Assembly (NCBI RefSeq): GCF_000146505.1
Contig: NC_017448.1
Span: forward strand, 2,640,001 to 2,672,000
DNA: 32,000 nt
Direction: 5' to 3'
From: Fibrobacter succinogenes subsp. succinogenes S85
GTDB lineage: Bacteria; Fibrobacterota; Fibrobacteria; Fibrobacterales; Fibrobacteraceae
The notes beneath the pieces are model-generated. The model was given only the letters and a program-made list of their open reading frames with translations. It was not told the origin of the DNA and ran no database searches. Both the position numbers and the translations under genes were made by a program. Position 1 is the first letter of the stretch. Each line of letters opens with the position of its first letter. Shown here in pieces: positions 11,868-18,458 of this stretch.

Positions 11868-13739
11868 ATGAGAAAATTTTCTCTCTCTTTGGCTGCAGTA
11901 GCCGTTGCTGGTTTTGTCTCCGTTGCTAACGCTGCCCTTGCCGATGGCGGTGCTAAATTCTTAGGTAATATCACTACGGGTGGCCAGATTCGTAGCGACT
12001 TTGCTCAATATTGGAACCAGATTACCCCCGAAAACGGCTGTAAGTGGGGCTCCATCCATTCCCTTTCTAATGGCAACAGCGGTACAAGCAAGTTCGCCTG
12101 GGACAACTTCGACAAGTGCGAAAGCGCCTACAAGTGGGCCAAGGAAAAACCGGGCGAACGCCACTTCAAGTTCCACGCCCTCGTTTGGGGTTCCCAGTAC
12201 CCGAACTTCCTCTGCAAAAAGAAAAATCCGGGCATTACCGTAGAACTCACCAAAAAGTACATCACCGAATGGTTTGATGCCGTTGCCGCGAAGTTCCCGG
12301 ACCTCGAATACATTGACGTGGTGAACGAAGCTATTTGGGCGGGTAACAACTACCACTCTGGTTACGGCAAGCCTGCTGCAGGTGCCGAAGGCCACAGTAC
12401 CGATGATACCGAATGCGGCGGCTCCTACATTATCGAAGCCCTTGGCGGTGACCGCGTGGTGAATGGCAAGCACCAGTACGACTTTATCACGAATGCCTTC
12501 AAAATGGCCCGCGAACGCTGGCCAAAAGCCGTGCTTATCTATAACGACTACAATACGCTTTCCTGGCAAATCAACGAAGGTATCGAACTCATTCAGACGA
12601 TTGTCAAGAACGGCGCTCCGGTGGATGCTTACGGCCAGCAGGCTCACGACTGCAAGGGCATGAGCAAGAACGATTTCGAAAGCAAGATGACCCGAATCCA
12701 TAACGAGACGGGCCTCCCGCTCCTCGTTTCGGAATACGATATCGGCGAAGCGGACGATACCAAGCAGAAAAACGATTACGCGAACCAGATTCCGTTCATG
12801 TGGGAAACGCCGTGGGTTGCTGGCATCACCATCTGGGGCTACATCAACGGCTCTACCTGGGTCCAGAACACGGGTCTTATCGAAAAGGATGGTCGCAAGC
12901 GCGCTTCCATGAACTGGCTCGAAGACTACTTCGCCAAGAACTTGAGCAAGGGCAAGAACGATGTGACCTTCACTCCGGTTGAACCCGAACCGCAGCTTCC
13001 GTTCAAGGGTGAAGCGATTGCCATTCCGGGTAAGGTCGAAGCCGAAGATTTCGATATTCCGGGTGTGGGCGTCAATGAAGACGGTACAAGCAACCAGTCC
13101 TACGGCGACGACTCCGAAAACCATGGCGACAGTGACTACCGCAAGGACACGGGCGTTGATCTCTACAAGAAGGCGACCGGTGTTATCGTGGGCTACAACA
13201 GCGAAGGCGATTGGCTCGAATGGACCGTGAACGTTAAGGAAGCGGGTGACTACACGATGTTTGCCGCCGTAGCTGCCGCAGGCTCTACCTCCAGCTTCCA
13301 ACTCTCTCTCGATGGCAAGGCGCTTACCGAAAAGATTACTGTCCCCGCTGCCAAGGAAGGTGAAGAAAATTACGACGACTACAATAAGGTCAAGGCCAAC
13401 GTGACTCTCCCGGCTGGTAAGCACGTGCTCCGCATGGATGTAACCGGCGCCTGGTTTGACGTGGACTACTTCACCTTCGTGAAGGGCAAGGACGCCACCG
13501 ACCCCGAACCGATTGATGTTCCGGACGCCATTCAGTCGAACCTCCGCATGAATTACCCGGTCCTCAGTGATTACGATGTCTTTGACATGAACGGTGTGCG
13601 TCTCGGCCGCATGAGCGCTTACTCTGTGGATGAAGCCGTGACAACGCTCAAGAACACGAGCGCCATCAAGGTCCAGGGAATCTACCTGCTCCGCTCCGTC
13701 AAGAATGGTGCTGTGAAAACAGTTCGCATTGCGCGCTAA
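11868..13739 (+). CDS. secreted GH10 endo-1,4-beta-xylanase + CBM6 + basic C-terminal tail (paralog 1)
   Basis: Signal peptide MRKFSLSLAAVAVAGFVSVANA. GH10 motifs HALVWGSQYP, IDVVNEAI (acid/base) and LVSEYDIG (nucleophile). CBM6 GKVEAEDFDIPG...GDWLEWTVNVKEAGDY...VDYFTFVKG. Tail YDVFDMNGVRLGRMSAY...GIYLLRSVKNGAVKTVRIAR. The layout matches what I recall of the GH10-CBM6 xylanase cluster reported for F. succinogenes S85. Identity was not verified. Confidence 0.95.
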   Translation: MRKFSLSLAAVAVAGFVSVANAALADGGAKFLGNITTGGQIRSDFAQYWNQITPENGCKWGSIHSLSNGNSGTSKFAWDNFDKCESAYKWAKEKPGERHFKFHALVWGSQYPNFLCKKKNPGITVELTKKYITEWFDAVAAKFPDLEYIDVVNEAIWAGNNYHSGYGKPAAGAEGHSTDDTECGGSYIIEALGGDRVVNGKHQYDFITNAFKMARERWPKAVLIYNDYNTLSWQINEGIELIQTIVKNGAPVDAYGQQAHDCKGMSKNDFESKMTRIHNETGLPLLVSEYDIGEADDTKQKNDYANQIPFMWETPWVAGITIWGYINGSTWVQNTGLIEKDGRKRASMNWLEDYFAKNLSKGKNDVTFTPVEPEPQLPFKGEAIAIPGKVEAEDFDIPGVGVNEDGTSNQSYGDDSENHGDSDYRKDTGVDLYKKATGVIVGYNSEGDWLEWTVNVKEAGDYTMFAAVAAAGSTSSFQLSLDGKALTEKITVPAAKEGEENYDDYNKVKANVTLPAGKHVLRMDVTGAWFDVDYFTFVKGKDATDPEPIDVPDAIQSNLRMNYPVLSDYDVFDMNGVRLGRMSAYSVDEAVTTLKNTSAIKVQGIYLLRSVKNGAVKTVRIAR

Positions 13740-13788
13740 AAGATCCTAATCCATACTCCCTAGAAAACTAGGGACTTAAATACCCAAA

Positions 13789-13822
13789 GGCCTTCGAGCT
13801 CACCCTCGAAGGTCCTTTTTTT
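13789..13822 (+). terminator. rho-independent terminator, GH10 paralog 1
   Basis: GGCCTTCGAG / CTCGAAGGTCC stem followed by TTTTTTT. The same structure follows all three GH10 genes. Confidence 0.8.
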
Positions 13823-13873
13823 GCATTAATTACAAAACATTTTTTCGGTATAATGCGAGATTTTTGTGTAATT

Positions 13874-13996
13874 AAATGATTGCTTATTGTCGTTGTGAGA
13901 ATAAAGCGTCGGCCAAGGATGGGGAGGGTGCAGGGAGGGGCCCGTGCGGCCTTCGCAACTCCGAGCTGGGGCCCCGCCCGCATGACGTACTTTTTG
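13874..13996. repeat. composite intergenic repeat, copy 2 (no nested insert)
   Basis: Shares both end blocks with 11557-11721 and has a G-rich core GGATGGGGAGGGTGCAGGGAGGGGCCC. The track ORF 13768-14037 (-) is an artefact of this repeat. Confidence 0.6.
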
Positions 13997-14045
13997 AATA
14001 GTAATGGAATTTTAAAAGGTTTTAACTTAAAAAACATGTTTTTGT

Positions 14046-14128
14046 AAATATTCCATTATGGACATTTTGTCAATGATAAATTTTGGACTTTTTGGGGCGA
14101 TTTTTAAAAACAAAGATATGTTTATAAT
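14046..14128 (+). promoter_or_regulatory. conserved upstream block of GH10 paralog 2 (TCCATTATGGA, TGATAAATT, proximal TATAAT)
   Basis: Palindrome at 14052-14062. Extended -10-like TGATAAATT at 14074-14082. TATAAT at 14123-14128, 38 nt before ATG 14166. Confidence 0.4.
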
Positions 14129-14165
14129 GGTTGTATGGGACTCTTAACCTATGAGGATGTGGAAA

Positions 14166-16016
14166 ATGAAATCAAAATATTTGAAAGGTTTATTGGCTGC
14201 TGCACTTTTGGGTGGTGCAGTAAGTTCTTACGCAGGTCCAGGCCTTGCCGATGGCGCGGCCAAGTTCATTGGTAACATTACCCAGAGTAATAGTGTCGGC
14301 TCAGACTTTACTGCGCTCTGGAACCAGGCTACGGCCGAAAACGGCTGTAAGTGGGGTTCCGTCGAAGGTACTCGTGGCCGTTACAACTGGGGTGCCTGCG
14401 ATGCTGCCTATAACTGGGCAAAGCAGAACGGGGGTCACTTCAAGTTCCACGCTTTGGTGTGGGGCTCCCAGTATCCGAACTGGCTCAATGGCCTTAGCAC
14501 AGACGAAACGAAGAAGGCGATTACCGCCTGGTTCGATGCGGTCAAGGAACATTACCCCGATCTCGAAATGATCGACGTGGTGAACGAAGCTATCCGCACG
14601 GGCAACAACAGCTATCATTCTCCTTATGGCAAGAACAACAACATCATTCCGGCACTCGGTGGCGATAATGGTGGCAATTACCAGTTCGTAACGACCGCCT
14701 TCAAGATGGCGCGCGAACGTTGGCCGAAGGCTATCCTCATTTATAACGACTATAACACGGTTCAGTGGAACAAGGATCAGGGCATTCAGCTTATCCAGAC
14801 CATCAAGAAAAACGGTGCTCCGGTTGACGCATACGGCTTGCAGGCCCACGACATGATGAGCCAGGGCGGTGGCCAGGGCGGTACCGGTGGCGGCGGCGTC
14901 TGCTTGAACATCAATACGCTCAAGAGTGTTCTCAAGGAAATCTGGGACAAGACCCAGACCCCGATGTTCATCAGCGAATACGACATTGCAACTACCGACG
15001 ACAATATCCAGAAGCAGTGCTACTCCGAACAGATTTCTCACTTCATGGAAAACGAACACATTGCCGGCATTACCATCTGGGGCTACATTTATGGTCGCAC
15101 TTGGCTCGACTGTAACGGCACTGCGAGTGGCTGCTCCGGCATTGTCAAGAATGGCCAGGACCGCGCCGCTTTGAAGTGGATGAGGGAGTACCTCAAGAGC
15201 AACAAGGGCGTGAACACGACTGGCCTCAATACTGGTGTTCTCACTCCGGTTGACCCTGTTCCGCAGGAACCGTTCAAGGGCGAAGCTCTCGCTGTTCCGG
15301 GCAAGATTGAAGTCGAAGATTTCGATAAGCCGGGCCAGGGCAAGAACGAAGACGGTACGAGCAACGAATCCTATGGCGACGATTCCGAAAACCATGGCGA
15401 CTCCGACTACCGCAAGGATACCGGTGCAGACCTTTACAAGAAGGCTACTGGCGTTGCTCTCGGCTACAACACTACGGGTGACTGGTACGAATACACCATC
15501 AACATTGCCGAAGCTGGCGACTACACCGCAATCGCTTCTGTTGCTACCGAAGGTACGGGCGCATTCACGCTCTCTCTCGATGGCAAGTCTCTCGCTGAAT
15601 TCGAAGTCACTGGCACAAGCTACGACGACTTCTCCGACGTGAAGAAGAAGGTGACGCTCCCGGCCGGTAAGCACGTGCTCCGCCTCGATGTGACTCAGCA
15701 GTACTTCGACATCGACTACATCAACTTTGTGAAGGGCGAAGTTGCCGATAATCCGGGTGGTAATGACAATCCGGGTGGTGGCGATGAACCGGGTCCGGGT
15801 GTCGGTATTAAGACAAGTGTTCAGTACCAGGCTCCGAGAATCGGCAGCTACGACGTCTTCGACGCAAATGGTGTCCGCCTTGGCCGCATGAACGCTTACT
15901 CCATGAGCGAAGCCGCCCAGATTCTCAAGAGCTCTAACGATGTCAAGAACAACGGCATTTACATGCTCCGCTCTGTCCAAAGTGGTGCTGTGAAGTCCGT
16001 GCGTATCTCTCGCTAA
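14166..16016 (+). CDS. secreted GH10 endo-1,4-beta-xylanase + CBM6 + basic C-terminal tail (paralog 2, with Gly-rich and Cys-containing insertions)
   Basis: HALVWGSQYP, IDVVNEAI, FISEYDIA. CBM6 GKIEVEDFDKPG...GDWYEYTINIAEAGDY. Pro/Gly linker NPGGNDNPGGGDEPGPG. Tail YDVFDANGVRLGRMNAY...GIYMLRSVQSGAVKSVRISR. Start 14166 (MKSKYLKG) was chosen by alignment with paralog 3 and the GAGGA RBS; the track start is 14151. Confidence 0.93.
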   Translation: MKSKYLKGLLAAALLGGAVSSYAGPGLADGAAKFIGNITQSNSVGSDFTALWNQATAENGCKWGSVEGTRGRYNWGACDAAYNWAKQNGGHFKFHALVWGSQYPNWLNGLSTDETKKAITAWFDAVKEHYPDLEMIDVVNEAIRTGNNSYHSPYGKNNNIIPALGGDNGGNYQFVTTAFKMARERWPKAILIYNDYNTVQWNKDQGIQLIQTIKKNGAPVDAYGLQAHDMMSQGGGQGGTGGGGVCLNINTLKSVLKEIWDKTQTPMFISEYDIATTDDNIQKQCYSEQISHFMENEHIAGITIWGYIYGRTWLDCNGTASGCSGIVKNGQDRAALKWMREYLKSNKGVNTTGLNTGVLTPVDPVPQEPFKGEALAVPGKIEVEDFDKPGQGKNEDGTSNESYGDDSENHGDSDYRKDTGADLYKKATGVALGYNTTGDWYEYTINIAEAGDYTAIASVATEGTGAFTLSLDGKSLAEFEVTGTSYDDFSDVKKKVTLPAGKHVLRLDVTQQYFDIDYINFVKGEVADNPGGNDNPGGGDEPGPGVGIKTSVQYQAPRIGSYDVFDANGVRLGRMNAYSMSEAAQILKSSNDVKNNGIYMLRSVQSGAVKSVRISR

Positions 16017-16073
16017 AAGGAATCCTAATCCATACTCCCCTCAACCAAAACGGGGGAGCCTTAAATACCCAAA

Positions 16074-16108
16074 GGCCTTCGAGGTAACACTCGAAGGTTC
16101 TTTTTTTT
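16074..16108 (+). terminator. rho-independent terminator, GH10 paralog 2
   Basis: GGCCTTCGAG / CTCGAAGGTTC stem followed by TTTTTTTT. Confidence 0.8.
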
Positions 16109-16131
16109 GTCCAATGTCATGCTTGCGAACA

Positions 16132-16165
16132 TTGTCATGCCCGGCTTGACCGGGCATCTCCATCT
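16132..16165. repeat. REP-like hairpin element, family TTGTCATGCCCGG-CTTGA-CCGGGCATCTCCATCT, copy A
   Basis: Perfect 8-bp stem ATGCCCGG (16137-16144) / CCGGGCAT (16150-16157). Identical 34-mer at 16189-16222. Partial TGTCATGC at 16115-16122. Confidence 0.7.
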
Positions 16166-16188
16166 CGTTTTTCAATCTTCCTATTACT

Positions 16189-16222
16189 TTGTCATGCCCG
16201 GCTTGACCGGGCATCTCCATCT
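16189..16222. repeat. REP-like hairpin element, same family, copy B
   Basis: 34/34 identical to 16132-16165 and separated from it by 23 bp. Confidence 0.7.
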
Positions 16223-16291
16223 AGACATTTTGGCAATGATAAATTTTCTCCTCTTTGGATAAACTGAGAAAAATGAGAATAAGTTTATAGT
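16222..16291 (+). promoter_or_regulatory. conserved upstream block of GH10 paralog 3 (TGATAAATT, proximal TATAGT)
   Basis: TGATAAATT at 16237-16245. TATAGT at 16286-16291, 36 nt before ATG 16327. The position of the palindrome seen upstream of paralogs 1 and 2 is occupied here by the REP copy. Confidence 0.4.
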
Positions 16292-16326
16292 GGTGTTAGA
16301 GTACTAACCTAAGAGGATGGTTGGAA

Positions 16327-18093
16327 ATGAAATCAAATTTCATTAAGGGTATATTGTATGCTGCACTTATGGGTGGAGCAGTTAATTCGTTTGCAGGCCC
16401 CGGTATGGCCGATGGCGGTGCAAAATTCCTAGGAAACATTACAACTCGTGGCCAGGTTCAGTCCGATTTCGGGACTTACTGGAACCAGATTACCGCCGAA
16501 AACGAATGCAAGTGGGCGTCCATCGAAGGCACTCGCGGTCGTTACAATTGGTCGGGCTGCGATGCTTGCTATAACTGGGCTAAAAAGAACGGAGGCAAGT
16601 TCAAGTTCCACGCTCTTGTGTGGGGCTCCCAGTACCCGAACTGGCTCAATGGCCTTAGCACGGACGAAACCAAGAAGGCGATTACCGCATGGTTCGATGC
16701 CGTTGCCGCTCATTACCCCGATCTCGAAATGATTGACGTGGTGAATGAAGCCATCAAGTCGGGTGGCAGCTACCATTCCGGTTATGGCAGAAACAATAAT
16801 ATTATTCCTGCTCTCGGTGGCGATAACGGCAACTACGAATTCGTGGCAACTGCATTCAAGATGGCGCGCGAACGTTGGCCGAAGGCTATCCTTATCTATA
16901 ATGACTATAACACGTTCAGGTGGCAGATTAACGAAGGTATCGACCTCGTGAACAAGCTCGTGAAGCAGGGCGCTCCGGTCGATGCGTACGGTCAGCAGGC
17001 TCATGACTTGACCGACATGAACGCCAACGATTTCAAGAGCGCCTTGAACAAGATCCAGAACAGCGTCAAGAATGCCAAGGGCGAACCGATGCCGCTCTTC
17101 ATTACCGAATACGATATCGGTACGGATAACGACAACCAGCAGAAACAGCGCTACTCCGAGCAGATCCCCGCATTCTGGGAATCTCCTCAGGTCGCGGGCA
17201 TTACCCTCTGGGGCTACATCTACGGTGCTACCTGGACTACGAACGGAAACTCCGGTCTTATCAAGAATGGTAGCGACCGTCCGGCAATGACCTGGCTCAA
17301 GCAGTATTTCAAGGAACACCTCAAGGACGGTAAGGACAATACGGGCCTTTTTGCTCCGTATGTCCCGCCTGAGCCGGTGCCGCGCAAGCCGTTCAAGGGC
17401 TCTGCTTTGGCAATCCCGGGCAAGATTGAAGTTGAAGACTTTGATATTACCGGCGTCGGTGAAACGGATGGCGTCAGCAATGTGTCTTACAGCGATGGCG
17501 ACCCGGAAAACCATGGTGATTCCGATTACCGCAAGAGCGATGCTTCCGATGTCGATATCTACAAGAAGGCAACTGGAAACATTGTCGGCTATAACACGAC
17601 TGGTGACTGGCTCGAATACTCTGTCGACATTGCCGAAGCAGGTGACTACACGGCAACAGCTTCTGTCGCTGCAGACGGTTCCGGCTCCTTCAAACTTTCC
17701 ATTGATGGGAAGTCTGTCGGTGAATTTGACGTGACGGGCTCTAGCTGGGACAATTTCATTGACGTGAAGAAGAAAGTGACGCTCCCGGCCGGTAAGCATA
17801 CCCTCCGTATGGACGTGACAGCACAGTATTTCGATATCGATTACATCAACTTCACGAAGGGCGATAAAGAACCGCCAATCTCCATCCAGACCCAGGTCCG
17901 CTACGAATATCCGGAAGTGAGTGACTACTACGTCTTTGACGTGAACGGGGTACGCATCGGTCGCATGAGCGCCTACACTATGGACGAAGCCGTGGCAACT
18001 CTTAAGAATACGAGCGCCATCAAGGTCCAGGGCTTGTATATGCTCCGCTCCGTCAAAACGGGTGAAGTCAAGTCGGTCCGTGTAGCCCGCTAA
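16327..18093 (+). CDS. secreted GH10 endo-1,4-beta-xylanase + CBM6 + basic C-terminal tail (paralog 3)
   Basis: HALVWGSQYP, IDVVNEAI, FITEYDIG. CBM6 GKIEVEDFDITG...GDWLEYSVDIAEAGDY. Tail YYVFDVNGVRIGRMSAY...GLYMLRSVKTGEVKSVRVAR. ATG 16327 lies 9 nt after AGAGGA; the track used TTG 16321. Confidence 0.93.
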   Translation: MKSNFIKGILYAALMGGAVNSFAGPGMADGGAKFLGNITTRGQVQSDFGTYWNQITAENECKWASIEGTRGRYNWSGCDACYNWAKKNGGKFKFHALVWGSQYPNWLNGLSTDETKKAITAWFDAVAAHYPDLEMIDVVNEAIKSGGSYHSGYGRNNNIIPALGGDNGNYEFVATAFKMARERWPKAILIYNDYNTFRWQINEGIDLVNKLVKQGAPVDAYGQQAHDLTDMNANDFKSALNKIQNSVKNAKGEPMPLFITEYDIGTDNDNQQKQRYSEQIPAFWESPQVAGITLWGYIYGATWTTNGNSGLIKNGSDRPAMTWLKQYFKEHLKDGKDNTGLFAPYVPPEPVPRKPFKGSALAIPGKIEVEDFDITGVGETDGVSNVSYSDGDPENHGDSDYRKSDASDVDIYKKATGNIVGYNTTGDWLEYSVDIAEAGDYTATASVAADGSGSFKLSIDGKSVGEFDVTGSSWDNFIDVKKKVTLPAGKHTLRMDVTAQYFDIDYINFTKGDKEPPISIQTQVRYEYPEVSDYYVFDVNGVRIGRMSAYTMDEAVATLKNTSAIKVQGLYMLRSVKTGEVKSVRVAR

Positions 18094-18143
18094 CTAGAAT
18101 TCCTAATCCATAACTCCCCAATAGGGAGCCTATTACACCCAAA

Positions 18144-18179
18144 GGCCTTCGAGGTTCCCCCCTCGAAGGTTCTTTTTTT
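18144..18179 (+). terminator. rho-independent terminator, GH10 paralog 3
   Basis: GGCCTTCGAGG / CCTCGAAGGTTC stem followed by TTTTTTT. Confidence 0.8.
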
Positions 18180-18212
18180 GCAGTGTCACCCCGAAATACG
18201 TCATTCTCGACC

Positions 18213-18252
18213 TGTCACCCCGGCCTTTGTGCCGGGGTCGGCATACACACTT
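18213..18252. repeat. REP-like hairpin element, TGTCACCCCGG family, second copy
   Basis: TGTCACCCCGGCCTTTGTGCCGGGGTCGGCATACACACTT compared with 9632-9670. A truncated GTCACCCCG lies just upstream at about 18184. Confidence 0.5.
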
Positions 18253-18261
18253 GCGATTGCT

Positions 18262-18347
18262 TTGTCATGCCCGACTTGATCTCTTTGACTACTTGCAGCT
18301 ATGCTGCTTAGTAGTCATGATCCGCGTATGGGGAGGGCATCTCCTTC
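18262..18347. repeat. interrupted copy of the GTCATGCCCGG REP element
   Basis: The left half TTGTCATGCCCGACTTGATC and right half GGGCATCTCCTTCT are separated by roughly 50 bp. The insert itself contains the inverted repeat GACTACT...AGTAGTC. Confidence 0.5.
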
Positions 18348-18458
18348 TCGTTCTGTGAGCAAACGCAAAAAATCCGAAAAATCGGGATTTTCTAGCGTTC
18401 GTTGTACCTTAATCCATAAAATTGATGTATTTTAATTAATTGCAGAAAGGGAGCGATT

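Noticed and set aside
11568-14037. Small minus-strand ORFs 11568-11759 and 13768-14037 sharing the peptide KKYVMRAGPQLGV
   Set aside because: The shared peptide is simply the translation of the conserved right end of the intergenic repeat. The ORFs differ elsewhere, lack an RBS and overlap the regulatory regions of the GH10 genes.
14863-14898. The Gly-run GGGQGGTGGGG in GH10-2 as a possible frameshift or assembly artefact
   Set aside because: The reading frame is continuous, and conserved GH10 motifs resume in frame on both sides. Treated as a genuine loop insertion.
16132-16222. Possible mini-CRISPR (two identical 34-bp repeats with a 23-bp spacer)
   Set aside because: There are only two copies. 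The repeat is itself a perfect hairpin with a REP-like head, a third interrupted copy lies 2 kb away, and there are no cas genes or leader. Interpreted as REP-type elements.
9960-17799. Long antisense ORFs inside the GH5 and the three GH10 genes (9960-10826, 11961-13424, 14301-15980, 16429-17799)
   Set aside because: They recur in all three GH10 paralogs only because the sense sequence is conserved. The products are Arg/Val/His-rich with no start signals. Judged to be shadow ORFs.
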